Source: an uncultured Alphaproteobacteria bacterium
Lineage (GTDB): Bacteria > Bacteroidota > Ignavibacteria > Palsa-1295
DNA length: 64,000 bases
Reading direction: 5' to 3'
Assembly (NCBI GenBank): GCA_964404255.1
Contig: CAYOJJ010000007.1
Span: forward strand, 11,659-75,658
Below, piece by piece: positions 29,190 through 39,178 of the stretch (position 1 is its first letter; every line of letters begins with the position of its first letter). Position numbers and translations under genes: made by a program. A model generated the notes under the pieces. It ran no database searches. It was not told the origin of the DNA and saw only the letters and a list, made by a program, of their open reading frames with translations.

Positions 29190-30791
29190 ATGACCTTTAG
29201 CTTTCCGATCCTGACCATCCTGACCTTCCTGCCGGTGGCGGGGATGATCATCACGGCATTGCTGCCGAAAACAAATATCAAGGCGCTTCGGGGTGTGACC
29301 GTAGGGACAACCATCCTTATGATCATTTTCTCAGTCGTCCTTTGGATGAATTTTAATTCTTCGCTTGGCGGCATCAACGATCCGAAAAGCTTCCAATTTG
29401 TGGAGCGCGTATCCTGGATCAGGCTTTCGGGGCTGCCGGTCTTTGGTAACATTGCCATCGACTATTCAATGGGTATCGATGGGCTTTCCGTTACGATGGT
29501 CTTGCTGACCTCATTGATCTCCTTTGTTGGTGCGATCGCGAGTTTCTCGATCCACAAACAGGAAAAAGGATACTTCATGATGTATCTCCTGCTTGTGACG
29601 GGTATGATGGGAGTATTCGTATCGCTGGATTTCTTCCTATTCTATATCTTCTGGGAATTGATGCTGCTGCCGATGTACTTCCTTATCGGTATTTGGGGAG
29701 GTCCGCGTCGTGAGTATGCTGCGATCAAGTTCTTTATCTATACACTCTTTGGCTCGATCTTCATGTTACTCGTGATGATCGGTTTGAATATGACGACGGT
29801 TGTAAAGAGCGGCGATATTTCCTGGCATACGTTTAACCTGCTCGATATGATGAATCCGGCAAATCATCAGGCCGGTTCGATCTTCGCCGGTTCTATGACA
29901 ACGTGGAGATATATCGGCTATCTCGGCCTCTTCCTTGGCTTTGCTATCAAGATACCGATGTTCCCATTCCATACGTGGCTGCCCGATGCCCACGTAGAAG
30001 CGCCGACGGCTATCTCGGTTATTCTTGCCGGTGTGCTTCTGAAAATGGGTACGTATGGTATTCTGCGCATCTGCTTTGGTATCTTTCCGGAAATTGCCAT
30101 CGAGACGAGCAAATACATGGTGATCTTCGGCTTCATCAATATCGTCTATGGTGCGTTCTGCGCAATGGCTCAGAAAGATCTTAAGAAGCTTATCGCTTAT
30201 TCCTCGGTCAGCCACATGGGGTATGTCTTACTCGGTATGGCGGCGTTGAATTCGCAGGGGCTGGCCGGAGCTATCTTTCAGATGTTCAACCACGGTACAA
30301 TCACTGCCATGCTCTTCCTGAGTGTCGGTGTGCTTTACGATCAGGCTCATACGCGTGGTCTTAATGAATTCGGAGGTCTCGCGAATAAGATGCCGAAGTA
30401 CTTCGCCTTCGTGGTGATCTGCTATTTCGCTTCGCTTGGCTTACCCGGCTTCTCGGGCTTTATCTCGGAAGCGTTCGTCTTCCTCGGTGCGTTCCAAAGC
30501 TTCCAGTTCTGGACGATCCTTTCAACGCTTGGTATCATTCTTACAGCCGCGTACATGCTCTGGGCATTACAGCGTATGTTCCTCGGTACCTTACCGGAGC
30601 GCTGGAGCGGCCTCGTCGATATTAACGGACGTGAAATGGTATCGCTCGTTCCGCTTGCTATCATCGTGATCTTCCTCGGCATTTATCCTTCGCCGATCCT
30701 GAATCTTATGATGACAAGCGTGAATCAATTAGCGGATTTTATTCATAAGTCCGTTCCGCAGGTAGCCCAGGCCGCTGCGATCATAAAATAA
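29190..30791 (+). CDS. nuoM: NADH-quinone oxidoreductase subunit M
   Basis: Antiporter-like subunit; conserved WLPDAHVEAPTAISVILAGVLLKMG. Confidence 0.9.
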   Translation: MTFSFPILTILTFLPVAGMIITALLPKTNIKALRGVTVGTTILMIIFSVVLWMNFNSSLGGINDPKSFQFVERVSWIRLSGLPVFGNIAIDYSMGIDGLSVTMVLLTSLISFVGAIASFSIHKQEKGYFMMYLLLVTGMMGVFVSLDFFLFYIFWELMLLPMYFLIGIWGGPRREYAAIKFFIYTLFGSIFMLLVMIGLNMTTVVKSGDISWHTFNLLDMMNPANHQAGSIFAGSMTTWRYIGYLGLFLGFAIKIPMFPFHTWLPDAHVEAPTAISVILAGVLLKMGTYGILRICFGIFPEIAIETSKYMVIFGFINIVYGAFCAMAQKDLKKLIAYSSVSHMGYVLLGMAALNSQGLAGAIFQMFNHGTITAMLFLSVGVLYDQAHTRGLNEFGGLANKMPKYFAFVVICYFASLGLPGFSGFISEAFVFLGAFQSFQFWTILSTLGIILTAAYMLWALQRMFLGTLPERWSGLVDINGREMVSLVPLAIIVIFLGIYPSPILNLMMTSVNQLADFIHKSVPQVAQAAAIIK

Positions 30792-30837
30792 TAGTTGTAA
30801 AAAGGCTAACCGATTTCAGAAGCTTTTTCTTGTAGCT

Positions 30838-32550
30838 ATGCACTCATTCTTGCTTGATATGGCAGCTGCCGGAAATGGATTGACAAAATTCATTTCGGTG
30901 AGTATGCAGAATTTTCAGCCGGAAACGACTCTCACGGTAGGGTTTCTGCTTGCCATTGTTTTCGATCTGCTGATCAAGAAATCTTCCATGAAAAAAGCGA
31001 CCGGGGTATTTGCCCTGATCGTTCTGGGTACAGCCTTCGCCCTTTCCTGTATGCAGATGACGTGGTATAATGCTGCTGAGCATGGCTGGAAAGGTGGCAA
31101 CATTATTTTCCCGTATACACAGACCCTGTTTGCTCCGCAGCACCAACCCGATGGCTCCTGGAGCGGGTATGGTATGGCAGTCGTGGATAACTTCGGTGTG
31201 ATCTTTAAGATGATCATCTCGCTTTCCGGGATGATGGTTATCGGTATGTCGATGCTTTCCAAAGAAGTCGAGGCGCGCGGCCGCAATAACGGCGAATTCT
31301 ATTCGTTGTTACTGGCCCTCACCCTTGGTATGTTCCTCATGCCGTCTTCAATGGATTTGGTAATGATGTATATCTCGCTCGAACTCGTTTCGATCACGAG
31401 TTACATTATGGCAGGCTTCATGAAGGATAATTCGAGAAGTACCGAAGCTTCAATGAAGTATGTGCTCTTCGGAGCATTCAGCTCCGGCCTGATGATCTAT
31501 GGCTTCTCGATCATTTACGGTCTTACGGGTACGACGAATATCAATGCCATTCGGCAGATTCTCGAAGGGCAATTCGCCAATGGTACGGTCAATACCGTTG
31601 CGCTCTGGACGGCTGTTATTCTTTCGATCGCAGGTATGGGCTATAAGATCAGTGCCGCACCATTTCACTTCTGGACGCCCGATGTTTATGAAGGTGCTCC
31701 GATACCGGTAACGGCATTGCTTTCAGTTGCTTCGAAAGCTGCTGGCTTTGGCTTATTAATGAGATTTTTACTCTTCGCCATTCCTTCGAACGGTTCAACG
31801 TTATTGCCGTATCTCAACTGGCCAATGCTTGTCGCTATTATGGCGGCCCTGACGATGACGCTCGGTAACTTTGCGGCTCTGCGGCAATCGAATGTTAAAC
31901 GTATGCTTGCCTATTCGACGATCGCTCATGCCGGTTATATGATGGTCGGCTTAGTGAGTATCGGGGCGGGACAGAAACTGATTGGCGTACAACCAGGGAA
32001 TTTCGAAGCAGGAATGAGCTCCGATGCCGGTGTCACCTCGATCCTAATCTATTTGATCTCATATCTCTTTACGAATCTTGGCGGGTTCTATGTTGTCATG
32101 CTGATCGCCAATAAGATCAATTCCGAGGAGATCGAAGATTATAAAGGCTTTGCAAAGAAATCACCCTTGTTGGCATCGTGCCTCACGCTTTTCCTTGTAT
32201 CGCTTACCGGTATCCCATTGACTGTGGGCTTCATCGGTAAGTTCTATATCTTTACTGCGATCGTCAAACAGCCACAATGGTTGTGGCTTACGGTCATTAT
32301 GGCATTGAATTCTGTCGTCTCACTCTATTATTATGTACGCGTGATGCAGGCAATGTTCATCAAGCAGGCTGACGATCAGACAGCAGCGGCAGGAACGATC
32401 GAATTACAGCCCGATGGAACACTGCGTTACAGCATTATCTCCAAAGTGTTCATTTTTGCATTCCTCATTCCGACGGTCTTCTTCGGTATTTATTTTACCT
32501 GGCTGGTCGATTTCACGAGTAATGCCATTCGGTTCTTTATCGTACAATAA
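30838..32550 (+). CDS. nuoN: NADH-quinone oxidoreductase subunit N (start may be the internal ATG at 30904)
   Basis: Antiporter-like subunit; FHFWTPDVYEGAPIPVTALLSVASKAAG. Confidence 0.85.
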   Translation: MHSFLLDMAAAGNGLTKFISVSMQNFQPETTLTVGFLLAIVFDLLIKKSSMKKATGVFALIVLGTAFALSCMQMTWYNAAEHGWKGGNIIFPYTQTLFAPQHQPDGSWSGYGMAVVDNFGVIFKMIISLSGMMVIGMSMLSKEVEARGRNNGEFYSLLLALTLGMFLMPSSMDLVMMYISLELVSITSYIMAGFMKDNSRSTEASMKYVLFGAFSSGLMIYGFSIIYGLTGTTNINAIRQILEGQFANGTVNTVALWTAVILSIAGMGYKISAAPFHFWTPDVYEGAPIPVTALLSVASKAAGFGLLMRFLLFAIPSNGSTLLPYLNWPMLVAIMAALTMTLGNFAALRQSNVKRMLAYSTIAHAGYMMVGLVSIGAGQKLIGVQPGNFEAGMSSDAGVTSILIYLISYLFTNLGGFYVVMLIANKINSEEIEDYKGFAKKSPLLASCLTLFLVSLTGIPLTVGFIGKFYIFTAIVKQPQWLWLTVIMALNSVVSLYYYVRVMQAMFIKQADDQTAAAGTIELQPDGTLRYSIISKVFIFAFLIPTVFFGIYFTWLVDFTSNAIRFFIVQ

Positions 32551-32871
32551 GTGATACCATTTGAGATTTCTGTAGAAGAGTTCGATGCCTTGCGTAAAAA
32601 GGGGATCGAACACCAATTGATCGATTGCCGCCAGCCGAACGAGTTTCAAGTCTCGAATATCGGCGGTGAGCTTATGCCAATGCAGACTATCCCGCAGCAT
32701 CTGGCAGATTTTCGTGACGATATCCCCTTGATCATTGTCTGCCGTACTGGCAGCCGCAGTGCGATGGTGACCCAGTTCTTACGCCAGAACGGCTTTCCCA
32801 ATGCCCAGAACCTTGCCGGTGGTATTTATGCCTGGCATGATAAGATCGATCCGGAAGTAAAAAAATACTGA
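32551..32871 (+). CDS. Single-domain rhodanese-like sulfurtransferase; GTG start abuts the nuoN stop
   Basis: Active-site loop CRTGSRS; ~106 aa. Confidence 0.7.
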   Translation: MIPFEISVEEFDALRKKGIEHQLIDCRQPNEFQVSNIGGELMPMQTIPQHLADFRDDIPLIIVCRTGSRSAMVTQFLRQNGFPNAQNLAGGIYAWHDKIDPEVKKY

Positions 32872-32874
32872 GCC

Positions 32875-33600
32875 TCAGGCGAAGCGTTCGATAAATTGCT
32901 TGATGATCGGATCGTGGGATTCCATTAGTTCTTTCGGAGTACCATCGAAATACGCCTTACCTTCATGAAGGAATATGACCCGTTTTGCTATTTCTTTTAC
33001 TGTAAAAAGATCGTGCGTAATAATAAGATTGGTGGAGTTATAGACGTCGCATAAGTGCAGGATAAGCTCATCGATCTGATCGCTTGTTACCGGATCGAGA
33101 CCCGTTGTCGGTTCATCGTAAAAGAGATATTTAGGCTCCATAGCGAGCGCCCGTGCCAAGCCTACGCGCTTTTTCATACCGCCCGATAGTTCGGAGGGTT
33201 TTTGATCGAGAATATTTTGCAGACCCACTTTTCGAAGGCATTCTTCCGCGATCTGTAATAACTTCGTGCTATCGCGTTGTCCCTGTTCCCATAGCCCAAG
33301 AGTTATATTTTCATAGACGGTCATCGAATCGAAAAGGGCGGCGTTCTGAAAGAGAAAACCGATACGCCGGCGCAGTGCATATAATTCGTTTTCAGATAGC
33401 GTTGCAATATCTTTACCATCGACTATTACCGACCCGGAATCGGGTTGAAGCAACCCGATAATATGCTTTAAGAGAACGCTCTTGCCGCAGCCGGATTTAC
33501 CGATAACCGCTACCGTTTCTCCATCGGCAACAGACATCGTTAGCCCTCGAAGAACCACCCGTGAGCCGAAAGATTTATGGAGGTCTTTGATCTCGATCAT
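32875..33600 (-). CDS. mlaF: ABC transporter ATP-binding protein, MlaF/Mkl-like
   Basis: Walker A GKSGCGKS; signature LSGGMKKRVGLARAL; Walker B LFYDEPTTGLD; paired with an MlaE-like permease. Confidence 0.6.
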   Translation of the reverse strand: MIEIKDLHKSFGSRVVLRGLTMSVADGETVAVIGKSGCGKSVLLKHIIGLLQPDSGSVIVDGKDIATLSENELYALRRRIGFLFQNAALFDSMTVYENITLGLWEQGQRDSTKLLQIAEECLRKVGLQNILDQKPSELSGGMKKRVGLARALAMEPKYLFYDEPTTGLDPVTSDQIDELILHLCDVYNSTNLIITHDLFTVKEIAKRVIFLHEGKAYFDGTPKELMESHDPIIKQFIERFA

Positions 33601-33604
33601 TGCC

Positions 33605-34312
33605 TTAAAAGATTATCAGCCATAAGGCATAATCCAGGATCAGGATCATTGCCGCAGAAATAACGAATGCCCGAATGCTCGATAGGCCAACACCTTCGGC
33701 GCCCCCGGTGGTATTTAGACCAACATGCACGCCGATGAGCGAAGTAACGGCTCCAAAAAAGATCGATTTGAAAATGCCGCCAAAAACATCTTTCAAATGA
33801 AAAAATCGCTGGACACTATCGAAAAACGTTTTATTACTAATGTCGAGAAAGAAATTGGCGACCACAAATGCTCCTATCAACGCGATCGCATTAGCGAAGA
33901 TCGTAAGGATGGGCATCATAATCGTTGCCGCAAGAACCCGGGGGGTGGAGAGATAACGAACCGGGCTTATTCCGAGGCTTTCCAAGGCATCGATCTGTTC
34001 GGTGACTTTCATGGTACCAAGTTCTGCAGCGATCGAGGCTCCTACACGCCCGGCAATCACAATAGCAGAAAGGACAGGACCTAATTCGATAAAAATTGCC
34101 CGGCTGACAGCAGAGCCGATCAGGCTATAGCTGATCATCCCTTTGAATTGATAAGCGGCCTGCCAGGAGCTTACCATGCCGGTGAAAAAACCGATTACGA
34201 GCACCAGGGGTAGGGAGCCGGTGCCAATATGATCCATCTGCTTAAGCAGAAGCTGCCGATCGCGGCCTAAAACGGATACAAAAGAAAATGTCCGGCCCAA
34301 TAGGCGAGACAT
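33605..34312 (-). CDS. mlaE: MlaE-like ABC transporter permease (start uncertain; probably a non-ATG start upstream of 34312 but 3' of tRNA-Phe)
   Basis: DUF140/MlaE-type TM pattern; the long ORF to 34534 overlaps tRNA-Phe antisense, so its extreme N-terminus is not coding. Confidence 0.55.
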   Translation of the reverse strand: MSRLLGRTFSFVSVLGRDRQLLLKQMDHIGTGSLPLVLVIGFFTGMVSSWQAAYQFKGMISYSLIGSAVSRAIFIELGPVLSAIVIAGRVGASIAAELGTMKVTEQIDALESLGISPVRYLSTPRVLAATIMMPILTIFANAIALIGAFVVANFFLDISNKTFFDSVQRFFHLKDVFGGIFKSIFFGAVTSLIGVHVGLNTTGGAEGVGLSSIRAFVISAAMILILDYALWLIIF

Positions 34313-34507
34313 AGCACCGAATTCGCGCAGGAATGCAAGAGTCTTTCGGCCGATGAAGCTGATCGGATTAGTCACGAAGTGAATGTAACAGCTATAGTTA
34401 CGCTCTGGTGCGTTGGTAAAATCAGGTAGTACGGCTGCTCGAAAAGGTTGTTTCTTTTCTGAAACTACGGTGCCTATGGTTGGTGTTAGGTGTGCTCCAT
34501 TTGGTAT

Positions 34508-34580
34508 GGTCAGGTAGCTCAGTCGGTAGAGCAAAGGACTGAAAATCCTTGTGTCGGGGGTTCGATTCCCTCCCTGACCA
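34508..34580 (+). tRNA. tRNA-Phe (anticodon GAA)
   Basis: Cloverleaf: acceptor ggtcagg/cctgacc, D-arm gctcagtcggtagagc, anticodon loop ctGAAaa, T-arm gggggttcgattccctc; 73 nt. Confidence 0.9.
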
Positions 34581-34691
34581 CAACAATCTCTTCAAGCGGT
34601 CTCCCTTCCCCCGCACTTTCCTGCGACAAGTTTTTTCTCTTTATCGTTACAGAACCGATCACGATATTCGCGTTCGTACCGAATTCATTTC

Positions 34692-36446
34692 TTGTTTTAC
34701 TTTCACAGACAACTCATGAGACTTTCTGCTTGCTTCGTCTGCTTGCTCGGTGTTTGCTCGCTTCTTTCGTCCTGTAAAAAAGAAACAGCGGTTTCTATGC
34801 GCCAGGCACAAGGCGGCAAAAAATATGGCGGTCGCTATACCATCAATGAGATTCGCGGCAATCCTTCCAGTCTCGATCCGGTGCGAATGAATAGCAAGGT
34901 AGAAGATGATATTGCTACCAACATATACGAGCATTTGGTTGATAATAGTGCAAAGTTGGAAATAGAACCGGAGCTTGCTTCACGCTGGGAGATCTCACCC
35001 GATGGAAAGACCTATACCTTTCACTTGCGGACCGATGTATTCTTTCATGACGATGCCTGTTTCCCAGCAGGCAAAGGAAGAAAGATGGTTGCTTCCGATG
35101 TAAAGTATTCGCTCGAACGAGTCTGCGATCCGAAGACTCTGACCAGTGGATATTGGGTCTTTCAAGGAATTGTCGAAGGGGCAGATGACTATTTCCTTCG
35201 GGATTCACTCAATAAACTGGGAAAGAATATCACTGAAGTTGCAGGGTTTCAAGTCGTCAATGATTCTACCTTCGTCGTCAAACTTGTCCAGCCCTTTGCA
35301 CCATTCCTTGAGCACCTGACGACAAGCTTCGGCTTCGTTACTGCCAAGGAAGCAGTAGAGAAATACGGCAAAGATTTCTTCCAGCATCCGGTAGGAACCG
35401 GGCCGTTCGTTTTCGATCATTGGAAGCCGGACGAGGAGATCGTTATGAAACGCAACCCTCATTACTGGCAGCATGATGGTTCGGGTAACCAGTTGCCGTT
35501 GCTCGATGAAGTACGCTTCACAATGATCAAAGACGATAAAACGCTCTTTGCTAATTTTGAACGCGGTGTTCTTGATGAAGATTTTACTATCCCGACCGAG
35601 TCGTTCGATCAGATCGTAACGGCCGATAAAAATCTTACCCCGGCTTATCAAAGCAAGAAATATCAGTTGCAGCACGTTACAGCAATGTGCTCGTACTTTA
35701 TCGATATTCTTTGCACCACACCGCAATATTCCAATATGGCGCTTCGCAGAGCGATGAGCTTTGCCGTCGATCGTGAGCGTATCGTGAAGTATGTCTTAAA
35801 GAATATGCCGCATAGCCCGGCACACAACGGTATAGTACCGCCGGCATTTTCGAAATATCCGATCGATCAGGTAAAAGGAATTGCGTTCAATGCCGATAGC
35901 GCTCATTCCTGGCTGCAGAAGGCCGGCTATGGGCCGGGCAAGCCGCTAAGCATCAAATTATCGGTATATAATGAGCCAAGCCAGTTACAGATCGCTCAGG
36001 CTGTGCAGGAAATGTGGAAGGTTAATCTTGGCGCTCAAGTTGACTTGGAGGTCATGCAATCGGGGCAGTTACTCGATCAATCGGAAGATGGTAAGCTCGA
36101 TGTCTGGATCACGCGTTGGTATGCCGATTATCCGGAAATTGAAAACTTCCTTAATCTGCTCTATGGCAAACTGGTCCCGCCGGATAATACGATGAAGAGT
36201 TACCCGAACAGTACCAGATGGAATTCCGAAGCCTTCAATAGGCCCTTTAGCCAGGCCTTGCAAACGACCGATGAAACCGAGCGTGTAAAGCTGTATGCTC
36301 AGGCCGAACAGGTTGCGGCGTACGAGGCTCCGAGCATCCCGCTTTTTTATCAGGAGCATTACCGCCTGTTGCAGCCCTGGGTGCGCGATAACCCGCTTGA
36401 CCCGATGAATCGTATAGACCTCAAATGGGTCTGGCTTGATAAATAA
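34692..36446 (+). CDS. ABC transporter substrate-binding protein, family 5 (oligopeptide/dipeptide OppA/DppA-like), lipoprotein
   Basis: Lipobox LSSCKKE; SBP_bac_5-like length and motifs. Confidence 0.65.
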   Translation: MFYFHRQLMRLSACFVCLLGVCSLLSSCKKETAVSMRQAQGGKKYGGRYTINEIRGNPSSLDPVRMNSKVEDDIATNIYEHLVDNSAKLEIEPELASRWEISPDGKTYTFHLRTDVFFHDDACFPAGKGRKMVASDVKYSLERVCDPKTLTSGYWVFQGIVEGADDYFLRDSLNKLGKNITEVAGFQVVNDSTFVVKLVQPFAPFLEHLTTSFGFVTAKEAVEKYGKDFFQHPVGTGPFVFDHWKPDEEIVMKRNPHYWQHDGSGNQLPLLDEVRFTMIKDDKTLFANFERGVLDEDFTIPTESFDQIVTADKNLTPAYQSKKYQLQHVTAMCSYFIDILCTTPQYSNMALRRAMSFAVDRERIVKYVLKNMPHSPAHNGIVPPAFSKYPIDQVKGIAFNADSAHSWLQKAGYGPGKPLSIKLSVYNEPSQLQIAQAVQEMWKVNLGAQVDLEVMQSGQLLDQSEDGKLDVWITRWYADYPEIENFLNLLYGKLVPPDNTMKSYPNSTRWNSEAFNRPFSQALQTTDETERVKLYAQAEQVAAYEAPSIPLFYQEHYRLLQPWVRDNPLDPMNRIDLKWVWLDK

Positions 36447-36461
36447 TAGGAGAGGCTGCCG

Positions 36462-37841
36462 TTGTCGTCGATCGTTGTTCAAAAATTCGGAGGTACTTCA
36501 GTACAGGATGCGGCCGCTATGCGCCGTGTCATGGAGATCGTAAAGCGCTTCGGTATTAAGCGAGGTATTCGTCCATTGGTGGTGTTATCGGCCTGCGCCG
36601 GTGTTACGAATGCGCTTATTCGCATTGGTGAGCTTTCCCTGCTCGGTAAGTTCGATGAGGCCCATAAAATCATTTCCGAACTCGATGAGCGCCATTTCAC
36701 CATTCTTCATGATCTGGCATTGCCGCTTCGAAGCGAGCAGGAAGCAGCGCTTTCATTACGCTTTATCTGGCGAGAGCTGCGGACGTTGGTTCGTGGCATA
36801 GAGTTGCTTGGTGAACTGACGCCGAAGATGAAAGATAAGCTGGTCTCGGCCGGTGAACGCGCTTCGACGACGATCTTTGCCCAGGCTTTTCGCGAGCATC
36901 TGGCCGCCAGAAATATCCCGGTTCTTTTTTGCGATGCCCGAGAGTTTTTTATTACCGATTCTGCTTTTACATTGGCGCGCCCGCAGGTAGGAGAGATCAG
37001 TAAACGCATGAAGCCCTTGGCAAAGAAAATGCAGGCTGGTACGGTTTGCGTGACTCAGGGATTTGTCGGAGCAACGAAACGTGGGGAGACGACAACGATA
37101 GGTCGTGGAGGGTCGGATTTTTCAGCAACGATGATGGGTGTTGCTATTCAAGCCGCTGAAATACAGATCTGGACTGATGTTGCTGGTATTTTTACCTGCG
37201 ATCCGCGCCTCGTGCCTTCGGCCTTTGCCCAGCCGGTGGTTAATTTTTCCGATGCTTCTACAATGGCGTTCTATGGAGCCAAAGTGCTGCATCCTGAGAC
37301 CATCGGGCCTGCTGTCGAAGCTGGTATTCCGGTGCGGGTCTTATCTTCTAAGGAGCCCGATCTTCCCGGTACTACGATAGTTCTTTCTTCAGAGGAAGGG
37401 GCGCCGATCACCGGTATTGCCATTAAGCGTTCGGTCGCTCTTATGCAGTTGCGGTCAGAAGAATTACTGCCGAATGTAAATGCCGTAGCCATTACTCTCG
37501 AGGCTATGGCAGAAAAGAAGATTGTCCCGCTTGCCACAAGTTTATCGTTCGACGATACGATGTTTGTCATCGATACCATTGCCGAGACCCGTCAATTACA
37601 GACAGCCCTTGCAGGTATGGTACCATTCGAGATCGATCAAAATAAAGCACTGATCTCATTAGTAGGCCATGGTCTGGAAGATACAGCGGGAATTGCCGCC
37701 CGATTATTTAAGGCCTTAAAGAAGGTTAACTGTGAAATGATCTCCTTCGGCGGCGCGGGAAATGCTATATCGATCGTTATTGCCGATACAGACGTCGAGC
37801 AAACAGTGAAACGAATTCACCAGGAGTTTTTTGCATCCTGA
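36462..37841 (+). CDS. lysC: Aspartate kinase (TTG start)
   Basis: N-terminal MSSIVVQKFGGTSV; kinase core; C-terminal ACT domains. Confidence 0.85.
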   Translation: MSSIVVQKFGGTSVQDAAAMRRVMEIVKRFGIKRGIRPLVVLSACAGVTNALIRIGELSLLGKFDEAHKIISELDERHFTILHDLALPLRSEQEAALSLRFIWRELRTLVRGIELLGELTPKMKDKLVSAGERASTTIFAQAFREHLAARNIPVLFCDAREFFITDSAFTLARPQVGEISKRMKPLAKKMQAGTVCVTQGFVGATKRGETTTIGRGGSDFSATMMGVAIQAAEIQIWTDVAGIFTCDPRLVPSAFAQPVVNFSDASTMAFYGAKVLHPETIGPAVEAGIPVRVLSSKEPDLPGTTIVLSSEEGAPITGIAIKRSVALMQLRSEELLPNVNAVAITLEAMAEKKIVPLATSLSFDDTMFVIDTIAETRQLQTALAGMVPFEIDQNKALISLVGHGLEDTAGIAARLFKALKKVNCEMISFGGAGNAISIVIADTDVEQTVKRIHQEFFAS

Positions 37842-37843
37842 TC

Positions 37844-38797
37844 TTAGGAAGCTTGCCTAATAGTAATGCGTCCGGAAGGAATGCCGTATTTCGAGACGTT
37901 CGTCATCGGGTAGTTTACATTCGGTTGGATAAACTGGAAGCGGTCGAAGTGTAAAAGAGAAAAAGGAGATGGTCCGTGCTTTCTCACATCGTTTCCATAC
38001 CAATCGGGCTCGAGTGTTACAATAATGCTGCCGGATGGCCGATCCATCGGCGCTAAAGCTGCGCCACCGGGATAGGGCAAATTATCTTTCAGTGTATCGT
38101 TATAGGTATAGCTGTCGTTGCCCGCTGCGGAGGTAAAAAGACCGTAAAAGCTGCTTTGTATCGGTGTGAAGTTTGAGTCAACAGACCATAAGCCATACTT
38201 CCATCCTGTCGGTGGTACCGGCAGGGCCGATAGGGAAGAGTTATATTTCCCCGCATCAAAGGTAGTAAGATAAAACTCTTTCTTATATCTGGTAGAATCG
38301 CTGGAGGCAGAAGTAAAGACGAGCGAACTACTAAGCGGAGAAAAATTACCAAGCGGGCTCGGATCGAGCACGGCTGAAGCGGTTTTTGCCGCAACGATCG
38401 AAACGGTCTCTTGCCACAAGGTCAGCCCGGGTTGCTCGGGAGTGGAAGTCTGCTCTAAACTGATTAATATTTCCTGAAGGCTATCGACCTGACGCGATAA
38501 TTTTGGGTGGATAAGGACGATGACCGAATCATCGGTATTGACAGATTTTACAGATAAGACGGATATCTTTCTCCAGGCAGAATCATGAGCATATTTGAAC
38601 CATAGAAAGTAATTCTCTCCGATACGAAGCGGTTTCAGGCGATATGCCGAAATGGTTACATCGGATAACAGGCTATCGTTTGAACCCGTCGGATTATTCG
38701 GGTTCGTACCTGAGGAAGAGCACCCAAATTCAACAATGCCAAGAAATGCAAGAAGTACGAGCCAAAGGATAGAGTATCTCATCACAGGATGTAACAC
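37844..38797 (-). CDS. Hypothetical lipoprotein
   Basis: Signal peptide plus Cys (LGIVEFGCSSSG); no recognised domain; stop 2 bp from the lysC stop. Confidence 0.45.
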   Translation of the reverse strand: MLHPVMRYSILWLVLLAFLGIVEFGCSSSGTNPNNPTGSNDSLLSDVTISAYRLKPLRIGENYFLWFKYAHDSAWRKISVLSVKSVNTDDSVIVLIHPKLSRQVDSLQEILISLEQTSTPEQPGLTLWQETVSIVAAKTASAVLDPSPLGNFSPLSSSLVFTSASSDSTRYKKEFYLTTFDAGKYNSSLSALPVPPTGWKYGLWSVDSNFTPIQSSFYGLFTSAAGNDSYTYNDTLKDNLPYPGGAALAPMDRPSGSIIVTLEPDWYGNDVRKHGPSPFSLLHFDRFQFIQPNVNYPMTNVSKYGIPSGRITIRQAS

Positions 38798-38827
38798 CCC
38801 CGACCAACTTTTGTTTCTGGCAATAAT

Positions 38828-39175
38828 TTAGCGCTTTTTCTTGGCCGGTTTTAATACCGAAGGAGGAACATTGATCTCCATGCGGAGCAATGCTGCCGCA
38901 AGAGTTTTGCCCTGGGCATCCTGTTTCAGGCTTACTGTGCCGCCGCCGCCGAGCGTCTCGTGCAGGAGAAAATTTAATGCCCAGAGATTCGGCAATTCGT
39001 AGCGCTCGACCTTCCCCTGGCAAATTCCCTTAAAGTGTTTTTTCACTTTTGCGGCCGTTATCTCTTTTTTGATCAACGGATAAAATCTCTCTTCACGCGC
39101 GATCAGGCCAACATTCGCTGCATCGCCTTTATCGCCGCTGCGGGCATGGCAGATATCCAATAACTGTATTTTCAT
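38828..39175 (-). CDS. DUF4387-like small protein (AtuA-associated)
   Basis: ~115 aa, immediately downstream of a DUF1446-like gene (the known pairing). Confidence 0.45.
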   Translation of the reverse strand: MKIQLLDICHARSGDKGDAANVGLIAREERFYPLIKKEITAAKVKKHFKGICQGKVERYELPNLWALNFLLHETLGGGGTVSLKQDAQGKTLAAALLRMEINVPPSVLKPAKKKR

Positions 39176-39178
39176 TTC

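Noticed and set aside
34422-34777. ORFs 34490-34777 (+) and 34422-34616 (-) overlapping tRNA-Phe
   Set aside because: Both run through a canonical tRNA gene. Spurious.
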